Shown: positions 33,072-49,905 of the stretch, in pieces
Numbering within the stretch: position 1 is the stretch's first letter
Layout of the letters: each line of letters opens with the position of its first letter
Assembly: GCF_009914755.1 (NCBI RefSeq)
Contig: NC_060947.1
Source: the human T2T-CHM13v2.0 reference genome, Homo sapiens
Direction: 5' to 3' (one strand)
DNA length: 64,000 nt
Translations under genes and position numbers: made by a program
The notes under the pieces: generated by a model
Databases searched by the model: none
Seen by the model: only the letters and a program-made list of their open reading frames with translations
What the model was told of the DNA's origin: nothing

Positions 33072-34361
33072 AGAGTCTAGTGTCTTTAACATCCCTCTGT
33101 TACGTAAATCATTTTGTTTGATAATGCAACAAAAATGAATCAAGCAAATACTGTGGTATAGGAATTATTTTATGGATAATTCCTATAGTCCAGTTGAATT
33201 TCTTTTAACTCCTTTTCAATATTTGTCTGTTTCCCTTCATGAATCTTATTTTTCTGAAAATAAATACAGGTTCTTTGTATTAAAAGTGGGGCTTCTAAGT
33301 TTGAAGTCTGACATGTTTTAACAACGACTTTTGCAGCTGTTGGCAAAATCATTGCCTTCATAAATTTCATAATTCTATTCTGTGTGAATTCTATAGTGGA
33401 TTACTGATATCTGAACAGGTAGTTGTAAGGCTTCTAACAAATCATCTCTTGATTATCCATGAGACATTGTAGTTCCCGTTGAAGTCAATAATCTATTTTT
33501 CCAAATTTGCCCTGTTGCATAATATACACCAAACATATATTTATCACTGGCATATATATTCACTCTAAGTCCAGACCAAGAATTTTAGCACTAGTGACGG
33601 CTATTAACTTACCTACTTGTGCCAACTTAATTCCAGACAAAACATAAGCTTCCAAGAGCTCATGATCAGACACCACAGCATAAGAAACCTTCAGTTGGCC
33701 AATTTATCCCAAGTACATGGTCCATCAGTAAACACTATGAAATCTGCATTTTGAAAAGGAGTATAAGATCATCAGATTGGGGCCTAGCATTTGCCTCTAT
33801 GATCATTTTACGGTCGTGATATGTTTGACTAAGATCTGGCAAAAGAGTACAAAGGTCTAGGAAATTGCATCTCCCAGGCATGGTATTAGAATTGGATAAC
33901 AATGCTTGTTCATAGTCACTCTGATGGCATACCAACAAAGGCTGTTTTATGTATGTATAACTATCATCATATGTAGAATACTCAAATAAATCTAGTGACC
34001 CAATGTAAGGGCTTGAGCCTTTTCAATAAGAGTGGTGGCTGCTACCACCGCTCAGGGGAACCCAAGCAACTATCTAAAAGATCAGTGCCTCCTTCTTGCC
34101 AGGAGTCAATTTGATGCAGGGAAAGAGAGAAGTGCACGGGGTTCAGAGACAGTTGGGACAGCAGAGAAAGGAAGAGGTTTATGTGAAAGAGAAAGTCGCT
34201 TTAATTCTTGTATTTCCTCTTCCATTTTCCTCAATCTTTCCTTCTTGTTATTAAATCATTTTTAAAATTTTCCCCTTAGAATGGCAGTTATCTCATAAAT
34301 ACCAGTAATTCTTATGGCTGAAGTGAGAGATTTTTAAGATAAGACCCACCCAGATACGTTA

Positions 34362-34696
34362 CAGTCATTCCTTTATATACACGGGGGATTGGCTCCAGGA
34401 TCCCCCAAAGTACCAAAATCCTTGAGTACCTAAATGCCTTCTATAAAATGGTATCATATTTTCATATAACCCATACACATCCTCCTGTATACTTTAAATC
34501 ATCTCTAGATTACTAATACCTAATACAATGTAAATGGTGTATGAACAGCTGTTATACTGTATTGTTTAGGGAATAACAAGAAAAAAAGTCTGTAAATGTT
34601 CAGCACAGACACAACCATCATAGGCTTCACTACATTTTTGATCTGTGGTTGGTTGAATTTCTGTATACAGAACCCACAGATATGGAAGGCCAACTA
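34362..34696. mobile_element. MER2 (Tigger family MITE) within ERV
   Basis: TA-flanked, ~335 bp, starts CAGTCATTCCT...GGGGGATTGG. Confidence 0.75.
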
Positions 34697-35841
34697 TAAT
34701 TTGTCCAAATTAAAGAAACTGTAAAACTAGATTCTTACATGTATGCTCATTCCAAATGTGACAAAAAGGTATTCGAATTTAAGAGATTTAAAAGAAACAC
34801 CTGCAGGCAACATTTCTGGCTTCCCATATTTTTCTACCATCAAAGATAATAGTGATCCTGATGGGATTTTTAGCTCTGGTATCACCCACCCTCACTCAAT
34901 AATAAAATCTTGAATTTGGAGTGGATGGCTCAGGTAGTATTCCAAAAAGTGAAGAGCTAGAAAGGAGACTTTTCTATAATTCAGGGTCTCTTACCTAACT
35001 GTTGTGTGACCACAAGTCTTTCAGATGATCTACCCAATTCAGAAATTGCCAGAAAGATCCTATCCTCATTGCTAAATTGTTGGGGAAATAATTAAACACA
35101 AAATCTCCTGCCAACCCAATACAACCTGTATATAAAACATAGGAAAGAATGAAATAGTTTTGTCATTGAATAAGCACTAAACCATATGCCTCACAGGCAA
35201 TGCATTAAAACAACTGCGAAGACAAAAACACTCTCAATCTTCTATGTTTTATGTATATGTTAATTCATTACATACATGTTCACTGTATTTATTGAAAGGA
35301 AAAATAACATTTCTCATATGTTTTTGACAAGTAAGAAGTTACATTTTGGAGCTGATCCCACAGGCAGGGAGATAGGGCATCATTCTTTTTGGTGTTCACT
35401 TTGGTGTTCGAAGTGCTCCTTGGCACCTAAGAATGACACCTAAGAATTGGCACACTTGGCTGCAAAACTGTCAAGAGGTTTATTAGCTTTGAAAAAAATT
35501 TATATACATTTCAAAGAGACAGAGCTAACATTTATAATCTCAAGTTTTCTGAAGGAAATACTAAAAGAAAACAGAGCAAGTTCTCTTCACTTTTTTATAC
35601 CAGGAAGAATTTTAAGTTAATTTTTAGAATTTTATTTACCCTTATACTGGCAAAGACAAGTCAAGGTCACAGTCCTAGAGGGGTAATACTGCCTAATAAA
35701 TTTCCTGGATAGAGATTCATGCATAGGAAGAAGAAAAGGCATTGCCTTAGTAACTGTAACCAGAGTATGAGGTGAACACTGACTCTCAAGAAAGTAGAGG
35801 TGTCCCATTATAACTAGGGCATAAGGTCAGAGTTGGAGTAG

Positions 35842-36242
<401 letters not shown>

Positions 36243-36399
36243 TCATTTGTATGGGTTCTAAAATCCACGGCAGTGCTCAGCCTACAGATGATTTGGACCA
36301 CAGAGCCTAGCTACATTGAGAAAGAACAACTTGGCCCTAGAAACAAGGACATTCTAAATTACACTGAGATTTGTGTATAAAGCTCATATTGCTGTCTTA

Positions 36400-38640
<2,241 letters not shown>

Positions 38641-40759
38641 AATATGTAGCCTTTAACTGTGGAAAAAGAAACTAACCTTGAATGGGGGAAGAAGACGGGG
38701 AACAGAGGCATGTTAGTACCTGAAGGAATAAGATGGAGGCAGGTAAGGTGGCCAGCCTGCCCTTAAAGGCTTTTTGAACGGTGGAATCCTTTATGTTTTT
38801 GAGGTGAAAGCCCACATATGCTATGCAATTTTCAAATAGAGACTGGATACCTTCCTATCAGAAATGCTGTAGATCTGGCCTCTCAAACTTTTCTGGCAAA
38901 TTACCCCTAATGGCAGAGAAGAGTTAACTTTGTAACTGTGAGGGTGAGGGAGCAACATTCTAAGTACCTTCTAAAGCAAGACAATTTTTGGAATTCTTGT
39001 ATGTTACTTTAACATATGAATATAACTTTCTGTTGCAGAATGTCTGTTTTAATGGAAAATACTGCATTTAATTATTTAGTTAACTTCTAGTATTTTCCTG
39101 GTCTTTGAGTAATATTAAAATCCTAGGAAGATGTGCCAGGATGTGTGCCAAATTCTATAGAACACTGCTATATCTCCCGTCGGTGTTGGTACACTAGTTT
39201 GTGATGCAGTGCATAGAGTAACTCCTTTACTGAGTACAAGATCATCCATTAGGACTTAGAAATCCTTTTTTATACAGAATCCTTTATATAGGTATTCATT
39301 TATAAGAGTATTTATCTGTAAATGAAGTTCAAAGTTAAAAGCCTCAACAAATTAGGAAGGTGATTAGTTGCATTACAAAATGCCTTCCCATATCCCAAAA
39401 CTTCTCCTTTTGGTTCTTTAAATATTACATTCTCTTGGTGCATTTGATGTATATTTATAGAATATTAACAACTTGGAGGAGAGAACTAAATAAAATAATG
39501 AGTTAAAGGGCGAATAATCAATCAGTGATAATCACTCAAATATGAATAGAAAGCATATTAGAAATGAACATATTTGTTTATGGAAAGATAAGGCTGGATT
39601 TACGGAAATTTCATCTGTACCCACCTTTTCATAACCTATGCCTATTGTGAAGTGAGGATATACCTTCTCTGTAATAGCTTCATTCAATACTATTCAGAAT
39701 AAATGTTTTCATTCTCACTTACAAAGAAACTTTGCAAAGAAAGTGATGAACTGCCATGCAAAAATATACCAAATACATTATTAAAAAGTAATTAAAGGGT
39801 AAGTCAGAGCATAAAACTACCCTTATGAAGCAGATTATCCATTTCTGCTGAAACACAAAGGCACTGTCAAAAGTGACCTCTGCCAGACAAAAAGACAAAA
39901 CGGGGATGTTGCACCAGGTTGAAAATGCTATATTGAAAAGAAAAAATAAAAGCCATAAAAACATTTTTGATGGTATGCATTTATATACTGGAATTGCTGA
40001 ATCATATAGCTAGATTAGAATATTTTTGCAGTAATATCATATGATTGATGTTAAGGATTTGGAGAGACTGAAATAATGAGAAGTTGAAAATTTTTCACAT
40101 TTGCTGACACATTTTATAAAAGAAAAAATTTATAGTCACATGGAACATTTTATTGGAGAGAATGAATGAGAGAGAGAGTGAACAGCTGAGGTAGGGGGAA
40201 AAAGAATGAGACAGACCACTTTATGATGTTGGAAATCATTATGAAACTTACAGCTGGTTGGAAGAAGGAACCAAGGATAGAAGCTTAGAGAAAAGCCACC
40301 CCTCTTTATCCATTTCATTGTTGATGGGTTCCTGAAAGGTTGCAAGTAAATACGTACCAGTTTTCTCACCTTGACCTATAATATCATTTCACAACTATTT
40401 TACCTTAAGTTTGAATTTGTCATCACTGGGCAATGGCTGCTGATACTTGAGTTTTTGATATATTTGGCCCTCTGCCAAATAGCTAATGCTATATAAACAA
40501 ATACCTAACTGTACAAGGGGACCTTGTAATTCAGTGTGTACCCTTCTTTCTGCAGAATAATCCTGCTTGAAGTTCTTTTCCAACCTCCTCTATATTCAGA
40601 TGGATGCAGCTGCTCTGAGTGAAATTGAAGTGGGAGAGCCCAGAGTCTTACCTCCTTAACACTCCTACTGCTCTGGCCACCCCAATTACTCTCTCTTACA
40701 GTGGTTATTTAGGCAGCTCAGAGAAACACAGCTTGAAAACAACTCCTCACAATATATAT

Positions 40760-43700
40760 TTTCTACACTGATGTATAAAATGTTTATAGTGAACTATATC
40801 ATATGGGCAAAAGAATAATAGGTGAGTACCCATCTCTAGCTTAAGAAACAGAGTATTATTCGTGCATTTGCAAGCCCTGCAGCACCCCCTCACTCATTAT
40901 CACCTCCAACAAGAGGAAAGCACTATGCTAAATTTTGTGTTCCTCATTCTCTTGCTATTTTCAGTTTTAAAAATTATGTGTATATATCTTTATCCAAAAT
41001 CTTGTTTAGTTTTATGTTTTTACATTTCTATGGATGAAATGATACCATGACTTCCTTTATTCCCTTAACATATTTCTGAGATATTTTTATGTTAATGCAT
41101 GTAGCTGTATTTAATTCATTTTCAGCAGTGTATTTCATTGTATGAATATATTATAATTTAACTGTTGTCTTGTTGGGGAATATTTGGTTTGTTCCCAGGT
41201 TTTGCAATTACAAGTGCTACTATTGACACTACTATTGATGCCAGGGATTTGGAGAGACAGAAAGAATGAAACATTTGTGTATGTCTCTTGTACATGTTCA
41301 AGAATTTTTCTAGGGTGCATATATATGTTTGGAACCACAAGATCATAGAGAATAAACATACTCAACGTTTCCAAAGTGGTCCTACCAATTTGTCAGCAGA
41401 CTATAAAAGTTTTTGCTCCACATCTTCACCAATACTTCACATTAATAGACTTTTAATTTATTACCAATTTGGCAGTAGTAAAATTCTTATTGTTATGTTT
41501 TTAATTTTGTGTTTCTCTGATTGCAAATGAGATTGAGCAGCTTTTCATGTTTTATAGGTCATTTATAATTCCTCTTTAAAAAAATACCCATTCATATTAT
41601 TGGAACATTTTTTTCTGTTGAACAATTTGTCTTTTCCTTATTGATTTGTATGAGTTCATTATATACCCCCAATATTGATTCTTTGTTATATGATTTTCAG
41701 TTATCTTCTATAAGTTTGTAGGTTGCCTTTTAATTTTCTTCATGGTGTCTTCTGATAAACAGACGTTCTCAAATTTGATGGATTAAACTTATCAATATTT
41801 TTCTTTAGTGCTTTTCTGATATGCTTAAAATGTTTTCCCTAACCTGAAGTCAAAAAGGATACTTTCCCTTATTTATTTGTAGGTTTGGACTTTCAAATGG
41901 AGTATTTTTTTTTGGCTGGGGGGAGACCTGAGTTTTATTATTACTCAAATCAGTCTCCCCAAGCATCTGGGGATCAGAGTTTTTAAGGATAATTTGGTGG
42001 GTGGGGGAAGGCCAGTCAGTCAAGAGTGCTGATTGGTTGGGTCAAAGATGAAATAATAGGGAATTGAAGCTGTCCTTTTGGACTAAGTCAGTTCCTGTGT
42101 GGAAGCCACAAGATCAGATGAGTCAGTTTATCGATCTGGGTGGTGCCAGCTGATCGATCGAATGCAGGGTCTGCGAAATCTCTCAAACACTGATCTTGGG
42201 AGCAGTTTAGGGAGGGTCAGAATCTTGTGGCCTCCAGCTGCATGACTCCTAAACCATAATTTTTAATCCTGTGGCTAATTTGTTAGTCCTACAAAGGCAG
42301 TTTAGTCACCAGGCAAGAAGGAGGTTTGTTTTGGGAAAGGGCTGTTATTGTCTTTGTTTTGTACTATAAACTAAGTTCCTCCCAAAGTTAGTTCAGCCTT
42401 TGCCCAGGAATGAACAAGGACAGTTTGGAGGTTAGAAGATGGCATTGGTTAGACTAGATCTGTTTCACTGTCTTCAGTTATAATTTTGCAATGGTTGCTT
42501 CAGTCCTTCCCTTTGGATTTTATAACACCTTAATCTTAAAGTGTTGGCTAATGAAGATGGAAAAAGTGTGAAGACCGCTCTAACTTCTTCCTGCTGATCA
42601 GGGGGATAGTGGGGGTAGGTGTTGACCCCAAGGTGAGAGGAGTGGAACCACTTTGCAACTGTCTGAGCATACTCATGCAGGCCTGGTTGGGGTTCCAAGG
42701 TTTGCATGGCAAAGGTGTTAGTATTGTCATCTATAGTTTTAGTACCACATTTAAGAGAACAGCATACTATAAGGTAAATATTGAGTACTAGGGTAAGGGG
42801 TGCAATTCTTAGTTTTAAAAGTAAAGATTTGAAAATATTAGTTTGGGGACTTGTAGCCCTCAAGGATTTAGTCCAAACTGCAGAAAAAAACTTTGAGAAC
42901 AGCTAACAACAGGTATACTATATTTTTTCTTTTGAACCGTAATTTTTCTCTCTCCAGTCCCCATGTTTATTAATAACAAATCATGATATAATTGAGTTGT
43001 TTACAACATAAACTTTAGTCTTATTGTACTTGGCCTGATTATTTGCATAAAGTACAGCAAGAATAATGATTTTTCACATAGGCTTTAAAAATTGGCTTCG
43101 ATGGAACTCTATTCCATAAGGAATCTTAGATAAGACTTTTATAAAGCTGAGCCCAGCTATGGGTTCGTACCCTCAAATACCTACGAGTTGGCTAAATTCC
43201 TCTCCTCTCCTCTTGAGGTTCCTATATAGCTTGGGGCTCCTGGACCTGTTAGAAAGTTGACATTCTTTACTTACCACAAGTCGGGAATCTTGTACAGAGA
43301 TGGCATAGACAAGGTATGAGGCCACATTTCCCAAGGGGCTTTTATTGGCTCTACAAGTCAACTTTGATTCTTTAAAGAAGCATGCCATTCCAGTCAAAGC
43401 CTTGGTGAAATAACTAGTTTCTCCAGTTGTGTCCTGTTACAAAAGAAAACAGTTTCTTATTGCACTTATGCAAATAACTATACTGTCATTAAGTTGAGAA
43501 TATTCACAAATAAAATGGAGTCATTTAATTGATCTGCTATTGATTTTGTATGGAGTGACATGGTGATCCAATTTCATTTTTTTCCTCCATATAAACAGTC
43601 AATTATTCCAGAACCATTTCTAAAATAGTCTACTCGTTCTCCTATGATTATCAATGGCAAGCTCTGTCACCTATCCAGTTTTCATATATGCATAAATCTG

Positions 43701-43860
43701 TTTCTGGAGTCTCTGTTTCATTCCATTGGTCTGTTTTCTTATCCCATCTTAATTACTGTGGCCGTATGAAGTTTTGAAGTTTTAAAGAGAGGAACAAGTC
43801 TCCCAAACTTATTTTTGAGGAACGTCTTGGCTCTCCTTGGCTGTTTGCTGTATAACAATA
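40760..43860 (-). mobile_element. Ancient L1ME-type 3' region, host of the LTR8 insertion
   Basis: Degenerate reverse-strand ORF2 C-terminus/3'UTR on both sides of 41895-43526. Confidence 0.6.
41905..43512 (-). mobile_element. LTR8 (U3-R only, 41914-42502) plus ~1 kb MER4-group internal sequence, with poly(A) and long TSD
   Basis: Minus strand begins TGAAGCAACCATTGCAAAATTATAACTGAAG (LTR8-like) after a PPT. AATAAA (plus-strand TTTATT 41934-41939) lies 20 nt before A9. Flanks AAATGGAGT-ATTT (41895) and AAATGGAGTCATTT (43513). Confidence 0.85.
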
Positions 43861-44305
43861 TTTTAGGTTGGTGGGATATTGGAGGGGGAGGGATAAGGGA
43901 AAAGAAGGGGAGAGGAAAAGGTTTACAAATATATATTTGCTCACATATAAATCTTCTGAAAGTCAACTCTGCTGTTGTAGTCAAGCATTTTTTAGGCCAT
44001 AAAAGTTGTCTGCTTAAATTTATTGACATGAGTGTCAGTACCATATGTGATGAGGCACTGGGTCAACATAATTTTTGTTTCTTTTATTTTTAAAACTAAC
44101 TTCCTTGGGATCTTATCATTTCTTGAGATGAACAGTATAACGTTGTGATAAAAAAAAAAGCATGAGCTTTACTTTGAGGAACATTTCTTTTTAAATTTCT
44201 GTTCTGCTGCTTAGTATTTGTGTGACCTTAGACATATTACTTAATATTTCTGAAATGAATTGCTTGCTTTTTGGTCTGTAAATGGTAGTGATAATATTGA
44301 CCTAC

Positions 44306-44938
44306 TGTGTTAGTTTTTTATCTGCTGTAACAAATTACCATAAGCTTAGTGGTTTAAAAGAATATAAATTTATTATCTTATATAGGTTAAAAGTCTGACA
44401 AGGTCCTTACTGGACTAAAAGCAGGTTATTGGCAGGGCTGCATGCCTTTTTGGACTCTCTACAGGAGAATCTGTTTCCTTGTTCATTCAGATTGTTGGCA
44501 GAAATCAGTTTTCTGTGATTGTAGGCCTAAGGTCTCCATTTCCTCATTGGCTGTCCACTGGGATCTTCCCAGCTTGCAGAGGCCAACTTCATTTCTTGGC
44601 TCATGGCCCCGTCCTTCATCTTCAAATTCAGCAACAATGGATTGAATCCCTCTCACTCTTTGAATCTCTCTTGCTGCTTCTTCCATCACGTCACTCTGTG
44701 TCTGTCTCTCTCTCTCTCACTCTAGCCTGGAAAGGTTCTCTAAGGGCTCATATGATTAGATTGGGCCCATTCAGATAATTCAGAATAATTTCCCTATTTT
44801 AAGGTCTGTAACTTTAATCACGTTTGTACATGGCCCTTTTGCCATGCAAAGTAACATATTTACACGTTCTGAGATACAAATGTGAACATCTTTTTGGGGA
44901 AAGGAAGGGTTGCATTATTGTTCTGTCTATCTGCCATG
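44306..44938 (-). mobile_element. MLT1 (MaLR) solo LTR inserted in a MIR
   Basis: MLT1 end TGTGTTAGTT...GCTGTAACAAATTACCA; 5-bp TSD CCTAC. Confidence 0.8.
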
Positions 44939-45220
44939 CCTACCATGTGACTGTTGTGAGGAATGCATGAGCTAATGCATGTAAAGAGCTCAAGATAGTT
45001 TTGATATGTAGTAAACACTCAACTGGAGTGTTATTAACATTTGAATTACTACTTATGAGCAGCGAAATGTGGGTTTTCTCCTTTACTGTTTTTGGAATAT
45101 TTATGTGAACTTATCTTACCTTCTACTGACATAATTCCTCTTTAAACTTTTTTGAAGTCATGAAATATTTTAAGCATACAGACTTATATAATTTTTGAGA
45201 ATATTGATGCCCTATACAGT

Positions 45221-45694
45221 TGTAATGGGTTGAATTGTGCTTGCCCCCAAATATATGTTCATATCCTAACCCCTAGTACCTGTGAATATGACCTTTTTAG
45301 CAATAGAGTCTTTGCACATATTAATAAAGTTAAGGTGAGGTCATATTATATTAAGGTTGGCTTAAGTCCAGTGATTGGCATCTTTATAAGAGAAAGAAAA
45401 GGCAGATTCTGTCACAGAGGCACAGCAGAGAAACACAAGGGAAGAGGCCATGTAATGATGGTGGCAGAGAGTGAAGTGACGCAGCTCTAAGCCAAGGAAT
45501 GCCAAGGATTGCTGGCAACCGCCAGAAGCTAGAAAGAGACAAGGGAAAGATTCTTCCCTAGAGCCTTTAGAAGGAGCATGGCCCTGCCAGCACCTTCATT
45601 TTGGACATCTAGGACTGTGATAGAACAAATTTCTATTGTTCCAAGCCACTTGGTTTGTGGTATTTTTATTACAGCAGCCTAGGAAACTAATATA
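45221..45694 (+). mobile_element. MLT1 (B/C-like) solo LTR
   Basis: TGTAATGGGTTGAATTGTG start and GCAGCCTAGGAAACTAATA end. Confidence 0.8.
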
Positions 45695-46933
45695 AAATCT
45701 TGCCATGTATTTTTTTCAACTTGGTTTTTCTTTGAAGTAGCATATCAAAGATGGTCTTGTTAGTTTCTAGTGTATGAGACATCTACATTCAAATATATGC
45801 CAAATATACGGTCAATATCTTAAGGAAGACTTGTTTTGTGTGGCCCCTAATAGTAAAATTAGGATCTATGAGTAAAAGTTGTAAGGAAACTGATTTTTTA
45901 GCTCAATATATAAAATGAGGCTTTCTAACAATCACAGTGGTCCGTGGCAGTGAGAGCTGTTTCAATACTCATACGCCAGACATTTTTTTTGAGGCAGTGG
46001 AACTAGTTTCTCATGAATGTTTTAGATAAAAACTCATTTTAAAGAAAATTAATTATTCTCATCGTAAATTGGGAATAATAATGTTTCATGTTGGTCACAA
46101 AAAATAAAAGTCTAAAATGATGCTGGCTTATTTAAATGTATACAAGAAAAACACAGAAAGCTCTTATCAACATTTTCTGCATGAAATTCAAATGGAAATG
46201 AAATTTAATCAGTTAGCTGATACATATATAGATAGCTAGTCTATATTATAAGGCTGCATCTAAATCAATTGGTAGAATTTTTTCTTAAAAAAAGCAATGA
46301 ATCATCCAGTGTTTATTGAGTGCTCCCTCTGTAACGTAAGGGAGGTAGATGATACTGTCACTACCCTAGTTGATGTTATACTTTTGTTGAGTTGTGTGGT
46401 AGTAGGCTTATATAGGGTGTTTTTCCAGGATCCATTTTCTAACCCTCTTTCTAACCATATTCAGACTTTCTTTCTGGTATTCCCCCCTCTCCTTAACAGG
46501 TTACTTGCTTCAGGCCACCCAGTCAGGGGGAATTTCAGTACTCTTATTTGGAATGCTGGTGAGAAGTTCTGTGTGTCTCTTTGGATGTTGTAATAATGTA
46601 GTCTTGATTGTGGCTGGCAGTTATATGGTTGTCAAGAGATGTACCAGTCTTAGGACAAAGTTGACACTGAGGATAGTGGAGTAGAAGGATATAAGGATAT
46701 TGAGTCCCGGAAGATATCATTGAGCTGCTACATCAACTAGTATCTGCATGTTTCAGTTAAGTGAGAAAATAAATCCCCTTTTTGTTTAAGTCAGTTTGCA
46801 CTGGATTTTCTGTTTTTTCGTAGCATAAAGTCTTATCTGATACAAACATGTATTCATAAAGCAACTGAAGAATAACAAATGATAATCTATAATCAAGAGC
46901 TAGATATGCTAAAAATAAATACTGTAGATTTTT

Positions 46934-47120
46934 GGTTTTTAAAGTGTGGTTCCTAGGCCAGCAGCATCAGCATTGCCTGAGAACTTGTTAGAAATGCAAA
47001 TTTTATGGCCCCACCCCAGATTTACTGAATCAGAAACTCTGGCAGAGGGTCCCAGTAATTTTTGTTTTAACAAGCTCTCTAGGAGATTCTGATCATGCTG
47101 AAGTTTGAAAACCACTGCTC
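46934..47120. mobile_element. MER5A
   Basis: Typical core CAGCAGCATCAGCAT...GAACTTGTTAGAAATGCAAA...AGTTTGAAAACCACTG. Confidence 0.8.
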
Positions 47121-47620
47121 TAGAAGTTCAGGAAATGAGGGATTATTGTTTATTGAAGAGTAGTGAAAGACTTCATGGAGAAGGTGAGATGAGCTAAACA
47201 CTAGAGTAAGATGGACTTTTGAAAAGGAGACTCATGAAACAGTTAATAAGGCACAGAGGTAAGAATGAAGATGGTATTTATGGGGCATTTTATGACTAAT
47301 TGTGACATTAATAAAATAGTGAAGGACTAAAATTGCTTGAGTAGTGGGGTAGGAGAGAATTGGTGGCTGAGATTCAGTTTTTATGTTTGTCCAGGTATTC
47401 TCATTTTACTTGAATTCATTGAAAACCTGAACAGTAGAATGCATTATTGATATTCTTCATTGTAGGCAATATATGTTGAATCAACCTGTCTAGACTATAG
47501 CCATAGAATATTAAGATCATCAAGTCATAGAAAGAGAATGGACTAATCCTACTTGTATTGGCATTAGGTAGGCAGAGAGGCCTCCTTCCTGGACTTCAAA
47601 AATTTGTTTGAAGGGAGTTA

Positions 47621-47967
47621 CAGTAGTTCCCCCTTAACTGTGGGCGATATGATCCAAGATTCCCAGTCAATGCCTGAAAGTATGGATGTACTGAATCCTA
47701 CATATACTATATATATTCTATATATACTTGTACACATGTACCTGTGATAAGGTTTAATTTATAAATTAGGCACAAGAAGAGATTAACAACAATAATGAAT
47801 CAATAAAATAGAACAATTATAAAAATATACTGTAATCAAGGTTATGTGACTGTGGTCTCTTTCTCTCTCTCTCAGAATATCTTACTGTTCTGTGCTCACC
47901 TATTTTCAAATTGAGGTTGCCCAAGAGAGACCACAGAAAGCAAAACTGTGTATAAGGGGGACGAATA
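47621..47967. mobile_element. MER44A-like Tigger MITE
   Basis: TA-CAGTAGTTCCCCCTTA start and TAAGGGGGAC end, ~345 bp. Confidence 0.75.
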
Positions 47968-49521
47968 TACTTTTATCTTGTGAAAATTTAACACTAGCAG
48001 GGTGGCACCAGCAGTGAGACTTCAACCAGCCTTGGATTTGTGTGATATTTATACAGTTCCTTGTCTTCCTCCTTCCATTCCATATTTTGTGGGAGAAATT
48101 CCTGCCTTAAATACCGATGTCATGTCTAAGGTTGTACATCACCCACCTACACTGCCTGCTCAGTTTGATAATGTGTGCTTGGATGGAAATGTTTACATTC
48201 CATCCTTTTCCCTAAAGTACTATAAGCCATGCATAATGATGCCGCCCTGTGGAATTATGGAATGGGAACTGACTGGCTCAGAGACTGCTGGAAAATGAGA
48301 GAGAAGCACTTTAAAGCTAAAATGCCAAAGGCTGCAAAAAAAATAAACTCTTAGATAGACTTTAAAATCGCCTTTCCAAAACTGTCTAGATCTAAGTTTG
48401 TGGTGGTGGTTGGTGTGGGTGTGTAAGTGATAGCAGGGCTGGAGGAGAGAGGAAGGGTTTTAACCTGATGATGCAAATTACTTCTCCTTGTTGACAACTA
48501 TCTTTTTGTTAAGGAGTGCTAGAACAGTGAACAAGCATTTCTAAAGCATTGGCACTGTTCAGTGTGTTTAGACATTATTTAATTAGTCAAAAATGGGGCT
48601 TTATTTTAGAGAGGATTTAATTGTCTTGATACTGAATGATCTTGGTATGGCAAAGACATTTGTCTCTGTATATATGTGTATGTGTATGTGCAAAATGTAT
48701 ATAATGGAAGTAGCTTTGGAGTTGGGCCAAAAAATCCTCAGCACCAAGCTAAGGTTACTTTAAATCTGCTTGCTTTGCAGGTAATATTGAAGGATGCGTG
48801 AGACAAGCAATAAATTTCCCCCCTCTGCCACTTTGGAAGACTGAATCACCTCGTTTGTTCAGTTAGACTAACCTATCATTTGACTTGCTTTGAAGGTCTA
48901 AAGTTTAAATTTTTCCTCTCTTTGGGGATTGGGTAAGGAGGTGATTGAAAAAAGAAAATGTTTAAATCACGGAACACTAATGAGTCATAGGCCTGGAGAA
49001 GTCATTTTTGACTTTACACTTTGCTCGAAGGAGCAACTTGGACTTGTGCTAGCTTGTTCTCTGGTGGAACAATTTCTGCAGGCAGAATGATTTCCATGGG
49101 CATAGGCTGGTGGAGACTTGGATTTCCAGTGCTTTCTTGGAAAAGATGGTATGTTTTGATAACCTTGACACAGGCCTGATAATTCCTATTATCCTAGCGT
49201 CTCTGACCAATTTTTACTAGCACTGGACTGTGAAGCTTTTGCTGTTTGAGGGCTGAATTTGTGCACTGCTTCCCTTCCTTGCTCTGGAGGTTTTTAGCTC
49301 TGTGATGTTTCTAATATATTCTTTTAAATGTTCTATTTACGAGTTCATTTTCATTCATTAAATGCATCTCTCACCATTAATGGGAGTTGTCTAAAGGAAG
49401 ATGTATAGTCTGACACACCCCGTGGTGTCTTTTGCAAAGTATTTGAAGTGAGATAAAGTCCTGCTGTAGCCAACATACCCATAAAGCAGCTGACAGGTAT
49501 GTATTGCACATCTACTAAGTA

Positions 49522-49905
49522 CAGTTGACCCTTGAACAACACAAGTTTGAACAGCACAGGTCCACTTATATGCAAATTTTTTTCAGTAAAATCACTCTGT
49601 GTACCTGCCTCTCTTGCCTCCCTTCCACCTCCTCCACCTTTTCAGCCTCTGCAGCCCCTAAGACAGCAAGGCCAACCCTCCTCTTTCTCCTCCTCCTCAG
49701 ACTCCTCCATGTGAAGACAAGGATGAAGACCTTTATGGTGATCTGCTTCCACTCAATGAATAGTATATGTATTTTCTTTTCCTTATGATTTTCTTTTCTT
49801 ATCTCTATCTTACTTTATTATAAGAACATAATATATAATACATATAACATACAAAATATATGTTAATTGACTGTTTATGTTATCAATGAGGCTTCTGGTC
49901 AACAG
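49522..49905. mobile_element. Tigger2a/MER28-like element, right end missing
   Basis: TA-CAGTTGACCCTTGAACAACAC left TIR; no matching right TIR seen. Confidence 0.75.
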
